DNA from: Spirochaetales bacterium
GTDB taxonomy: Bacteria; Spirochaetota; Spirochaetia; SZUA-6; JAFGRV01
NCBI GenBank assembly: GCA_016928415.1
Contig: JAFGKU010000097.1
Coordinates: forward strand, 3,229 to 67,228
Length of the DNA stretch: 64,000 bases
Reading direction: 5' to 3'
Part shown: positions 1 through 8,955 of the stretch, in pieces
Layout of the letters: every line of letters begins with the position of its first letter
How positions within the stretch are numbered: position 1 is the first letter of the stretch
Translations under genes and position numbers: made by a program
The notes under the pieces: model-generated
Told to the model about the DNA's origin: nothing
Database searches by the model: none
What the model saw: the letters and a program-made list of their open reading frames with translations, nothing else

Positions 1-559
1 TCCGTCCCTGGTAAACGAAGTGATTGATCACTTCCTGGCATTTGGAAGGCGGGATACCGGCCCAATGCGCTATGTCTTCCACGTTTGCTTCAATTTCAAC
101 CATGTCGCCATCAAGGGGGTCCCTGGGCATTCTTTCAGACAGCATGATAAACACATCCGCTACCTTGGCATCCGTCTCTTCCAGGGTGAGTATCATGAAC
201 CGCCTTTTCTGGTCGTAAATACGCTTGGTGAAAAGTTTCAGTAGCTTGAGGGCAATCGCCGGGTTGCCCTGCATCAGGATAACGAAATTCTCCCGGTTGA
301 ATTCCAGCAGTTCGACATTTTCATCCGCAATCGCCGTAGCCGACCGGGGGGCCTGTTCCAGGATTGCCATTTCGCCGAAAATTTCACCGGGCTCGAGAAT
401 ATCGATCGTTTTTTCAAGGTTGGCCATTATCTTGACTATTTCCACCTTGCCGGATTGAATCAGGTAGCAAGTATCTCCCGGTTCGAATTCGCAGAAGATT
501 ATTTCGTTCTTTTTGTATCTTTTCCCGAATCTCTCTTCCAGCGATTTGTTCAAATTCAT
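1..559 (-). CDS. Crp/Fnr-family cNMP-binding transcriptional regulator (3' end runs off the window)
   Basis: Not in the ORF track. Manual translation from ATG at 559 gives MNLNKSLEERFGKRYKKNEIIFCEFEPGDTCYLIQSGKVEIVK...GEIFGEMAILEQAPRSATA...EDIAHWAG. This is a canonical phosphate-binding cassette followed by a probable HTH, and the frame is open to the window edge. Confidence 0.9.
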   Translation of the reverse strand, partial: MNLNKSLEERFGKRYKKNEIIFCEFEPGDTCYLIQSGKVEIVKIMANLEKTIDILEPGEIFGEMAILEQAPRSATAIADENVELLEFNRENFVILMQGNPAIALKLLKLFTKRIYDQKRRFMILTLEETDAKVADVFIMLSERMPRDPLDGDMVEIEANVEDIAHWAGIPPSKCQEVINHFVYQGR

Positions 560-622
560 CAATATGTTCCTTTCGCCATCTGACTGGTCTTAAACTTTCC
601 TTTCCCCACCCGCCTGGAAATC

Positions 623-1633
623 TTATCCTTTTTCAAGGTTACGTATTGACCTGTGCACGTTGCTGCAGAGCTGTTCGCTTTCAGCCGTCATTTTAAGAAC
701 CCGCCTGTATATTTCAAGCGCTTTCGGCTTGTCCCCTTTTTTTTCATAGCATTGCCCGATGTAATACAGGGCTTCTTTCATATCGGGGTGCTTCGGGTAA
801 TTCTGCACCAGCGACATGTAGCACTTTATGCAGCTTCCATATTGCTTCAGATTGAAGTAGCATTTGCCCGTTTCAAACAGGGCCTTCAGCTTGTATTCCT
901 CATCCTCGGATTGTTGTGTGATTGCATTGAGCGCTTTCAAGGCCCCGCTGTAATCCGCCTGGCCAATGAGCGTCACGGCATTGTAAAATTTTTGGGCGAT
1001 GGGAGACATGACCTTGGTCTGTTGGGGCTTTTGCACGGCGGTTTCGGTCGGTTTCGCCGTGGTTACGGGCGGCCCTCCGCCTTCCCCGTATTTCGTAACG
1101 TATTCCTGCGCCATTTTTATGTAGCCCGTCACCTTCTTGGAGAATTCTCCCGATGGATAGTACACGAGATATCTCTTTAATGCATATAGCGCCTGGTTGT
1201 ATTTTTTCGCGTTCAGGTAGTATTCCCCGATATTGAACAGGCCTATTTCAGGATTTGTCTGGTTTTCCGCATTGAGGAGATTTTGAACCTGTTTATGAAT
1301 CCTTCTAAGCTGGTTTGAAAAGACCTTGAGCATCTTTAAAATGATGCGTGAATTCGATGAAACAAATTGTTCAAACTCGGGAACGGAGAAGACGATCACC
1401 TTCGAATCCTGTGTTACCATGGCGGTTTCTTCACGGGGATACCTGCCGAACGCCGACCTGACGCCGAAAAATTCCCCGGTTTTGATCAATTCATGAATAT
1501 CCTGCCCGGTTTCGATATTGAGGTAATTGAGAACCACCTTCCCTTCGTTCAGGAGATAAATTTTATCGTTATTGATATCTTCCTTGAAATAGATGATGGA
1601 ATTACTTTTATAAATAACCGTCTTCGGCGACAT
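623..1633 (-). CDS. cNMP-binding domain protein with C-terminal TPRs
   Basis: N-terminal cNMP fold (IYLLNEGKV...GEFFGV...PREETA). The C-terminal part has TPR-like helices (ALFETGKCYF, ALYYIGQCYE). Confidence 0.85.
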   Translation of the reverse strand: MSPKTVIYKSNSIIYFKEDINNDKIYLLNEGKVVLNYLNIETGQDIHELIKTGEFFGVRSAFGRYPREETAMVTQDSKVIVFSVPEFEQFVSSNSRIILKMLKVFSNQLRRIHKQVQNLLNAENQTNPEIGLFNIGEYYLNAKKYNQALYALKRYLVYYPSGEFSKKVTGYIKMAQEYVTKYGEGGGPPVTTAKPTETAVQKPQQTKVMSPIAQKFYNAVTLIGQADYSGALKALNAITQQSEDEEYKLKALFETGKCYFNLKQYGSCIKCYMSLVQNYPKHPDMKEALYYIGQCYEKKGDKPKALEIYRRVLKMTAESEQLCSNVHRSIRNLEKG

Positions 1634-1778
1634 GCTCTTTAAGGTTTCCCTTCAAAAATACCGTTTTATAGAATATAATTATCCACGGTCTGCCTTGCCT
1701 ATTAATTATAAACAATTTTGAACCGTTTTTTCCAATAAAGGCTCCATTAAAAATCGCTAATTTTACAGGTTCCGTGCT

Positions 1779-3014
1779 CTATAGATCCAGAGGGATGAAT
1801 TTAAGATGTTTTTTCTTTCCGGTTGCTTTCCAGATTCTTTTCATTAATCCTGCGGGATCTCCCTTGACGTAGATTTCTTTTTTATTGGCCCTGGTCCTGG
1901 TGAATCCAGAACCGTTTTTTTCGAAGAAATCCTTATAGGCGGACATCCCGTAAATGGGCTTGCCGTCCAAAACGAGCAGTTCTATGTCCTGCATCCGCAT
2001 GTTGACAAAGGCCTCATACGGGTCCCTGCGCCTTGGTTTCAGGACGAGAAAGTCCGCCCGCTTGTCCGGGGCTATACTTCCCAGATCATCCTGAATTCTG
2101 AAGGCCCTGGCCGGATTAATCGTTACCATGTCGAATATCGTTTTCGCATCAAGGTCCTCGGAATAGATCTTCCTGTATGTTTTCCTGGCAAACTGCATCT
2201 CGTCTATGATATTGGCGCTTCCAGAATGGGTCGCGTCCGTACCGATGCTGACATTGATACCGGCTTTGAGGATTTCCCTGATCTTGCACGTCACATTGAA
2301 CATATACATGTTGGAACCCGGGCACCAGACAATCGACGCTCCCGCCCTGCTAACTTTCCTGATGTCCGAATTTGAAAATCCGATGCAGTGGATAAGTACG
2401 TTATGGTCGTCCAGGCAGCCCATTTTTTCCAGTTTGACGAGTGAGTTCTGGGTTTCCCGGTCAAAACCTTCCTCGCAATGAATGATAAAGGGAAAATTTT
2501 TTTCAACAGCCCTTTTATGTTCCGTTTCTATGCCGTCACCCCATTTAAGCGAAAAAGACGCGCAGGAATGCTCGAGCGTGTAGTTTGTGATGATCCTGAT
2601 GGGCAGAACGGAGATGTATTTTTCGTTTTCCGCATGGGGAAAATGGTCGTTCACCGTAATGGCGCCGGAAAAAAGGTTTTTGTACGCGCTCAGCAGATAC
2701 AGGTCCTGAACCGTGTTTTTTTCCCTTTCATCACGAACTTTGGAATGCTGCAGATCATAGTCCCAAACGGACCAGTTCAGGTAAAAATTCCCGTTCTTGG
2801 GGCCCACTTTGGGAAGGTAGTTGCCCCGTAAATGGTCGTGGACATTGATGATGCCCGGATAGAGGTAATATCTATTGTTAAAATCGATATTGTAATCCGC
2901 TTTTTGGCCGCCGATGCCGGCAATTCTATTGTTCCGGATTTTTATCGAGGAATTTTGAATGAATCCATCTTGCGAGATAATTGAAAGTCCACTGAACGAA
3001 TACGAGTTTAGCAT
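1779..3014 (-). CDS. Metal-dependent amidohydrolase (deaminase-like)
   Basis: PGIINVHDH metal motif, IIHCEEG, LIHCIG, WCPGSN, IGTD and TINPARA are typical of the amidohydrolase superfamily. Confidence 0.85.
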   Translation of the reverse strand: MLNSYSFSGLSIISQDGFIQNSSIKIRNNRIAGIGGQKADYNIDFNNRYYLYPGIINVHDHLRGNYLPKVGPKNGNFYLNWSVWDYDLQHSKVRDEREKNTVQDLYLLSAYKNLFSGAITVNDHFPHAENEKYISVLPIRIITNYTLEHSCASFSLKWGDGIETEHKRAVEKNFPFIIHCEEGFDRETQNSLVKLEKMGCLDDHNVLIHCIGFSNSDIRKVSRAGASIVWCPGSNMYMFNVTCKIREILKAGINVSIGTDATHSGSANIIDEMQFARKTYRKIYSEDLDAKTIFDMVTINPARAFRIQDDLGSIAPDKRADFLVLKPRRRDPYEAFVNMRMQDIELLVLDGKPIYGMSAYKDFFEKNGSGFTRTRANKKEIYVKGDPAGLMKRIWKATGKKKHLKFIPLDL

Positions 3015-3407
3015 TTCAAGTCCCTCTTAAATTCCTCTTAACCCTATCTTTCCTTAAATTCCAATCTTTCATCGATATTATCGGTATTAATGACTTAAAT
3101 ATGAAATCAAGATTTTTTCTTTTTCTGATTCATCCTTCGTCAAACCGTTTGTAAATATCCTTTTTAACATTCTAATACAAGACTCCTTCCTTTTTCAAAT
3201 ACACTTGCTTTTGATTTTTTTATTTTCCGCGTTTATCCCTTCTTATACGCGGGGTTAAAGTCCCTGACTTAAGCCGCCTACAAAATAAATGGCTTAAGAA
3301 AACGGGAACGACAGGTTGCGCAAGGGTGAATTAAATGATTAACTCAAAATTTACCGTAAAATACAGGGTTTTTTCGATGTTTTCTACCTTAATCAATTGA
3401 TATTTAC

Positions 3408-3436
3408 TTGACCGTTACCGAATAATATAATAAAAT
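3408..3436 (+). promoter_or_regulatory. Sigma70-like promoter for the HU gene
   Basis: TTGACC-N17-TAAAAT upstream of 3549. Confidence 0.55.
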
Positions 3437-3548
3437 GCAAGTGTAATTTTGTTTTGCCGTAATGAAGGGCATTAAAAAAATGTCCTTACTATTTTTGGTA
3501 TTAATACCCTGTAATGGGTAATATATTTTATTTTAAAAAGGAAGGAAT

Positions 3549-3965
3549 ATGGCAAACTCAAAAGGAAAAACTAAAAAAAAGGTTAAGAAGGCTTCCAAAG
3601 CGAAGGCTTCTGCCAAGTCAACTAAACAAAGCGCACCAAAAAAAGCGCAGCTGCCTGATGTTTACTCCGTTTCCAAAATGGTGAATTATCTTTCAGATAA
3701 ACATGCCGTGACAAAGAAGGAAGCCAAAGAATTTTTTGAGAGCGTTTTTGACCTGATTGGTTCCGGCGTTCTTTCCGGACAGAGAGTTCCAATGGGTAAA
3801 TTGGGAAAGATGTATGTGAGATTGCGGCCAGCAAGAAAGGCGAGAAAAGGGAGAAATCCCATCACCGGCGAAGAAATGACGATTCCCGCCAAAAAAGCAA
3901 CGAAAGTTCCCAAATTTACTTTCAGTAAATCCTTCAAAGAGGCTGCATTAAAGGCTAAAATGTAA
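3549..3965 (+). CDS. hup: HU-family DNA-binding protein with Lys/Ala-rich N-terminal extension
   Basis: GRNPITGEEMTIPAK arm motif, with a basic N-terminal tail of about 35 aa. Confidence 0.9.
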   Translation: MANSKGKTKKKVKKASKAKASAKSTKQSAPKKAQLPDVYSVSKMVNYLSDKHAVTKKEAKEFFESVFDLIGSGVLSGQRVPMGKLGKMYVRLRPARKARKGRNPITGEEMTIPAKKATKVPKFTFSKSFKEAALKAKM

Positions 3966-4004
3966 CGCTTTGTCTACTCTTTTATCTTTAATTTGCCTTG
4001 TGAG

Positions 4005-4045
4005 GTCCGGTTTTTCAATTATTTAATTGGGAAGCCGGACTTTTT
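4005..4045 (+). terminator. Intrinsic terminator after HU
   Basis: GTCCGGTTTTTCAATTA/TAATTGGGAAGCCGGAC stem (with G-U pairs) followed by TTTTT. Confidence 0.65.
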
Positions 4046-4074
4046 ATATTTTCATAGATACACTTGCCGATTTA

Positions 4075-4103
4075 TTGACACTTTTTCCTTCCTGTATTAT
4101 AAA
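4075..4103 (+). promoter_or_regulatory. Sigma70-like promoter for the bactofilin-TPR-mtaB operon
   Basis: TTGACA-N17-TATAAA. Confidence 0.65.
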
Positions 4104-4160
4104 AAAGCGATATGCGATTAATAGCAGGCACACATTTTTTTGCTTTAAGGGAGTCATTGA

Positions 4161-4610
4161 ATGAGTGAAGTAAGAATCAAAAAAAAGGACGAGAGTGAAA
4201 TAGACACCATTTTGGCCTCGGATATAGATTTTGACGGTGTCATTAATTTTGAAAAACCCTTGATGGTCAAGGGAAAAGTCACGGGAGAAATCCTTGCCAG
4301 GGGAGACCTCTATGTGGATGAAAACGCCGCGGTTGAAGCCAAGGTAGAGGCGAATATTGTGTCCGCGCGGGGAAAAATAAAGGGAAACATCAAGGCCAGG
4401 TCCAAGGTGGAGCTTTTTTCCTCGGCCGTAGTGACGGGCGATATCGTCTGCCCTGAAATTGAAATTGAAAGCGGCTGTAAATTCAACGGCTACTGCAATA
4501 TGGGAGGGAAGAAAAGTGATGACGATGGAAATAAAATCAACAACAACGGGAATAACAATCAAAAAAATTATGAATACCAGGACGGGAGTGATTATCAAGA
4601 AGGTGCTTAA
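4161..4610 (+). CDS. Bactofilin (polymer-forming cytoskeletal protein, CcmA family)
   Basis: Beta-helix repeat pattern TILASDIDFDGVINF...LMVKGKVTGEI...VELFSSAVVTGDI...IEIESGCKFNGYCNM. Confidence 0.9.
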   Translation: MSEVRIKKKDESEIDTILASDIDFDGVINFEKPLMVKGKVTGEILARGDLYVDENAAVEAKVEANIVSARGKIKGNIKARSKVELFSSAVVTGDIVCPEIEIESGCKFNGYCNMGGKKSDDDGNKINNNGNNNQKNYEYQDGSDYQEGA

Positions 4611-5238
4611 AAAACCCCCTTTTTTATTCTGTCTTGCCGTCCTGCTGTCTCTTGCGTCGGTTAATGCTTTTGCAGAGGACAAGCCCGATGCACAGGCCCT
4701 CTACAATGACAAAAAATATGATGAGGCCATCAAGGCCTGCCAGCAGATTCTCGTGGAAACGCCGAAAGACATGGACGCTTACAACATTATCGGGATGAGT
4801 TACCTTGAAATGAAAAAGTATGAAGATGCCCTTCGGTATGCCGAGGAAGCCCTGGAAGTTGCCCGGTTTGACAGAAGGATCATCCTGATAGCCGGCGAGG
4901 CAAACTATTTTCTGGGAAGAAACGAGAATGCCCTTAAATACCTGGAGGAATTCGCGAACATTGCCACATCGGATAAACGCATCAAGTATGTCTATTATTA
5001 CATGGGAGAAATTTATTTAAGGTACGGCGAATTCAGCAATGCCGACATATCCTTTTCCACGGCCTGTTACTACGATAAAGAGGTGGCGGAGTGGTGGGCC
5101 AAGGCCGCCTACGCGCGTGAAATGGCAAAGGATTACTTTTTTTCGCTTGATGCCTACAAGAAAGCCCTTGCGCTCAATCCCAATATGGCGGAAGCCAAGC
5201 GCGGTTCGGCACGGGTCAAAAAATTGATGGGTGAATAA
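4603..5238 (+). CDS. Exported TPR protein
   Basis: In the frame of track ORF 4459..5238. The likely GTG start at 4603 overlaps the bactofilin stop and gives a signal peptide (FLFCLAVLLSLASVNAFA) followed by TPR repeats. Confidence 0.8.
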   Translation: MLKKPPFLFCLAVLLSLASVNAFAEDKPDAQALYNDKKYDEAIKACQQILVETPKDMDAYNIIGMSYLEMKKYEDALRYAEEALEVARFDRRIILIAGEANYFLGRNENALKYLEEFANIATSDKRIKYVYYYMGEIYLRYGEFSNADISFSTACYYDKEVAEWWAKAAYAREMAKDYFFSLDAYKKALALNPNMAEAKRGSARVKKLMGE

Positions 5239-6592
5239 GTTCCCGTCTGGTCCCCGAATGTACAAAACAGCCTTTTATACCCTTGGATGCAAACTGAACC
5301 AATTTGAAACGGAATCCCTGGCGGACGCTTTCCGGAGGCAGAAATTTACCCTGGTGGATTACCATGAAAAGGCCGACCTTTATATCATAAATACATGCAC
5401 CGTTACCTCTAAAAGCGAGCAGAAAGCCAGGCGGATGATAAGAAAGGTTTTATCCGAAAATCCCTCCGCCCTGGTCCTTGTGACGGGGTGTTATGCCCAG
5501 CTCAATGCGCAAACCCTCGCCGACCTATCGGACCGTGTGGTGGTGGTGCCGCAGGACAGCAAGGAAAAAATCTTAAGCCTCGCCGGAAGCCTTTCGGATA
5601 TATATTCCCCTTCACCCCTGCACAGGGAAGACCTTGCTGCTTTGCTTGACGGAATCCCCGTCACGGGTAATCGATTTGCGTTTGACCCGGGAGACTACGT
5701 TTTCCATTCACGTGCTTTTGTGAAGATACAGGACGGCTGTGACGGACAATGCGCCTACTGCCGTGTACCATTGGCCAGGGGAAAATCGGTGTCTCTTGAC
5801 GGGAAAAAGATCCTTGAAAGGATTCATCTGGTTCTCGGCAAGGGCTTTCGTGAAATTGTTCTCACGGGAATCAACATATCCTCTTATTCCTGGAAGGGAA
5901 TGAATCTGTCCGGCCTCCTGTCTTCGATTTTACGCATAGACAAACCTTTCAGGCTCAGGCTTTCATCGCTTGAGCCTGAAAAAATCGGGCCTGATCTGAT
6001 AGACGTCGTAAAAAACGACAGGGTCTGCCCGCATTTTCACCTGCCGGTTCAGTCCGGCTCGGATACCGTGCTTTCCGCAATGAAGCGGCGGTACAAAAGT
6101 GAAAAGGTGAGGGAGGCCGCTGCCGCATTACGGCGCGCCAGACCGGACTGCTTCCTGGCCGCCGATGTGATTACCGGCTTTCCCGGCGAAAGCGAAGAGG
6201 ATTTTAATCGGACCCTGGAGCTTGTCCGGGATATCCCCTTTTCGTATCTGCATGTGTTTCCTTTTTCACCCCGTCCCGGCACAACGGCATTCCATTTTAA
6301 ACGGACGACGGCCGCTTCGATCATTAAAAAGCGCACGGAGAAGATGATTGCCTTATCCTCGCGCTTACACGGCCAATACCTTGACCTCTGGCCTGGCAGC
6401 GTGCTGGAAGTGGTTCTGGAAGAGGATTGCACGGAGCCGGGAAGCGAAAATAGAATGTGGAAAGGCCTATCCGCCAATTATTGCCGCTGCTTCGTATCAG
6501 GCATGCCCGAAAAACAGGCCTACAGGCGGAACAGCGTTTCCGTGCTTGTTGAAAAAACCGACGGGCAGGCACTTTATACGAAATATTGTTAA
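5231..6592 (+). CDS. mtaB: tRNA t6A37 methylthiotransferase MtaB
   Basis: TLGCKLNQFET and INTCTVT (UPF0004 domain), radical SAM CDGQCAYC, HFHLPVQSGSD and HVFPFSPRPGT. Confidence 0.9.
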   Translation: MNKFPSGPRMYKTAFYTLGCKLNQFETESLADAFRRQKFTLVDYHEKADLYIINTCTVTSKSEQKARRMIRKVLSENPSALVLVTGCYAQLNAQTLADLSDRVVVVPQDSKEKILSLAGSLSDIYSPSPLHREDLAALLDGIPVTGNRFAFDPGDYVFHSRAFVKIQDGCDGQCAYCRVPLARGKSVSLDGKKILERIHLVLGKGFREIVLTGINISSYSWKGMNLSGLLSSILRIDKPFRLRLSSLEPEKIGPDLIDVVKNDRVCPHFHLPVQSGSDTVLSAMKRRYKSEKVREAAAALRRARPDCFLAADVITGFPGESEEDFNRTLELVRDIPFSYLHVFPFSPRPGTTAFHFKRTTAASIIKKRTEKMIALSSRLHGQYLDLWPGSVLEVVLEEDCTEPGSENRMWKGLSANYCRCFVSGMPEKQAYRRNSVSVLVEKTDGQALYTKYC

Positions 6593-6848
6593 GGTTAACG
6601 GTAATATAAAGCGAAAATGGAAATAGAGGTTGGATTTTAGCCATATTCGATGTATATTTTAAAATGAGGGATATTAATCCTCAACACGTTAAGAAATTAA
6701 AAAAAGTGATGTTTTGATCTCGAGATTTACAAAGGAGAGGTATGAACCGCCTGTCAGTACCGGAAAAATTTATCTTTATCCATTTCTTACCCCTTTATGT
6801 GTACCTTTTAAGGAGAATACGGTGTTATATAAGCGGGGGGAATGAATA

Positions 6849-8030
6849 ATGAAGAAAACCGGCATTTCCGTCATCCTGTTGATTTTGAGCCTTTCCTGCT
6901 TTGCCGCTGAATACAAGGAAGCACCTTTTTTACCGTTAAGCCCCTTTATATTGGGACAGGGCGGCGCGTTTACGGCGGACCCAGGCGGTTATTACTCCCT
7001 TTTTTATAATCCCGCAGGATACGTTAACGAGGAAGGGCAGGGGCTTATCCTGCCTGCCGCAAGTTTCTGGATGTATACCAACCCCGGGGATTCCCTCTGC
7101 ACGAACTGGTCTGATGCCCAGGCGGCCGTTGATTTTTATGACGCCCAGATGAAAAAGGGAGGGTACGGCTATGGGGGATCGATCGGTGCCGCTTTTATAG
7201 ACGGCGGATTCGGATTGGGGGCCACCTTGATGGTTGACTCCCTTTTTCACGGTGACAGGCTGGCCCCGGCCATGGACGGGTATTTGAACGCCACCTTCGG
7301 TTTAACGGCCGGTTATGCCTTTACCCTGGATTTTGAGAATTCCTCCCTGAGCCTCGGATTCAATCTCCGCCCGTTGTACAGGATCAATGCCATCCTGTCC
7401 AGCAGCGATGCGGAGCAGATCATGAATGATTTTATCGATACGGTTTACGATCCCTCCCTCAATTACGATTTTTTTTCAAGCATCAACTCGGTACCCGCCG
7501 TGCACGGCATCAGCGTGGGCTTTGATGCGGGCGCGATTCTCGATTTGGGAAGCCTGAAAATCGGGTTGAGCATCAGGGATATCGGGCGTACCGTCTTTTT
7601 ATATAAAGCAAGCACAATCGGGAACATTCTTTCGGGCTTATCCTCGTTCCAGGCCGACACCGGTTCACCCGTCGCCGGTGACCTGTACTATATTCCCATG
7701 AATGTAAGCATCGGCGCTTCCTGGAATATCGATTTCGGCGTTAAAAAAATATTCGACCCGACGGTGGTCCTGGATATACAGGATATCGTGGAAGCGGCGG
7801 TTGACAATATGTCGTTTTGGACCCTGCTTCATGCCGGGGTCAATTGCCGGTTTTTTGAAGGTACTTTCAACGTTCAGGCAGGCATAAACCAGGGCTACCT
7901 CACCTTCGGCATGGGCGCAAAAGCGTCTTTCGCGGAATTCAACGCAGCGCTGTTTACCCGGGAATTGGGCCGGAATTTCGGCGATATCCCCAATACCGGT
8001 TTGGCGTTTGACCTGATTCTCAGATTTTAG
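6849..8030 (+). CDS. Outer-membrane beta-barrel protein, FadL/TraF/PorV-like
   Basis: Signal peptide, LGQGGAFTA...LFYNPAG N-terminal motif, amphipathic strands and C-terminal Phe. Confidence 0.7.
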   Translation: MKKTGISVILLILSLSCFAAEYKEAPFLPLSPFILGQGGAFTADPGGYYSLFYNPAGYVNEEGQGLILPAASFWMYTNPGDSLCTNWSDAQAAVDFYDAQMKKGGYGYGGSIGAAFIDGGFGLGATLMVDSLFHGDRLAPAMDGYLNATFGLTAGYAFTLDFENSSLSLGFNLRPLYRINAILSSSDAEQIMNDFIDTVYDPSLNYDFFSSINSVPAVHGISVGFDAGAILDLGSLKIGLSIRDIGRTVFLYKASTIGNILSGLSSFQADTGSPVAGDLYYIPMNVSIGASWNIDFGVKKIFDPTVVLDIQDIVEAAVDNMSFWTLLHAGVNCRFFEGTFNVQAGINQGYLTFGMGAKASFAEFNAALFTRELGRNFGDIPNTGLAFDLILRF

Positions 8031-8110
8031 CGGGGGGATTAAGTCCCGTCCGTAATTCAACCGATACAATAAAAGGAGTAATACAAGCCTCATAAAGTGT
8101 CGGGTTGAGT

Positions 8111-8139
8111 TTGAATTTACGATATTTAGGGAGTATAAT
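8111..8139 (+). promoter_or_regulatory. Sigma70-like promoter for the lipoprotein gene
   Basis: TTGAAT-N17-TATAAT. Confidence 0.55.
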
Positions 8140-8159
8140 GGTAGAAAGAGAGGAATTCT

Positions 8160-8942
8160 ATGCGTAAGACAGCTTTTTTAGCCCTGATTTTGGGGCTTGT
8201 AATAACAACACTCACATTTATTGCCGGATGCCAGGACATTTTCACCACCCAATTTTTCAAATCACTCCAACCAGGCCTCGATACGCTTACCAATGACCAA
8301 TTGATCGATTACGCTTTTTCGGCATTACCCTCGAGTACGGACAGTGAAAAGGTTTCTTTATATACAACCCTTAAAGCAAGGCTTGCCGTCCCCCCGAACG
8401 ATACGGACGCCGAGTTGAATTACGTCACGGCAATATACGCAACCGATTTGGCTGATGTGGTTGAAATAGAACCTTTAATTGTGGGTTATTTGTCAGAATT
8501 CAATACGATTGCTACAACAGTTCCGATCCCCACTCCTGATGCTTTGGGATTTATAGAAATTCGTACGGATGAAATTTTCGACCCCACTATAACACCTGTG
8601 AGTGAAGTTGATCATTTTCTGGAAGCCGCTCAATATTTCGGTGATGCGGAGGCAAACGGAAAAGTTTTATCCAAGGCAGAGTATTATATCTCAAAAATTG
8701 ACGACCAAATTGCCTGGTTTGCTGCAAATGATGCTCCGGCTCCTGTAACACTCGGAGAATTAAGTTATAGGGCTTACGTCAGTGCGCCGTTAAATCCGGC
8801 ATTTCCATCATATGCCGCTATACTCACTGATATTGGAAGTTATTCCACTGGCTTACCGTATCCATTATCCGGAATTGTATTATTTGATCTACCACTTTGT
8901 ATGGGTGCCATAATAGATCTGTCAGGATTACCACCACCATAA
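8160..8942 (+). CDS. Lipoprotein of unknown function
   Basis: Lipobox-like FIAGC after a hydrophobic N-terminus. Visibly more AT-rich than the flanking genes. Confidence 0.75.
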   Translation: MRKTAFLALILGLVITTLTFIAGCQDIFTTQFFKSLQPGLDTLTNDQLIDYAFSALPSSTDSEKVSLYTTLKARLAVPPNDTDAELNYVTAIYATDLADVVEIEPLIVGYLSEFNTIATTVPIPTPDALGFIEIRTDEIFDPTITPVSEVDHFLEAAQYFGDAEANGKVLSKAEYYISKIDDQIAWFAANDAPAPVTLGELSYRAYVSAPLNPAFPSYAAILTDIGSYSTGLPYPLSGIVLFDLPLCMGAIIDLSGLPPP

Positions 8943-8955
8943 ATGAGGAGACGGA

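Noticed and set aside
20-458. Plus-strand ORFs 20..244, 24..218 and 225..458
   Set aside because: They are antisense shadows of the Crp-like gene on the minus strand, which the track missed because it is truncated by the window edge.
3225-3330. Riboswitch or sRNA between the amidohydrolase and HU (CCGCGT/ACGCGG and CTTAAGCC/GGCTTAAG hairpins)
   Set aside because: There are two short hairpins, but I could not match them to a c-di-GMP or other riboswitch consensus. A covariance-model search would be needed.
4044-4682. 212-aa hydrophobic-looking minus-strand ORF
   Set aside because: It fully overlaps the well-supported bactofilin on the opposite strand and has no motifs.
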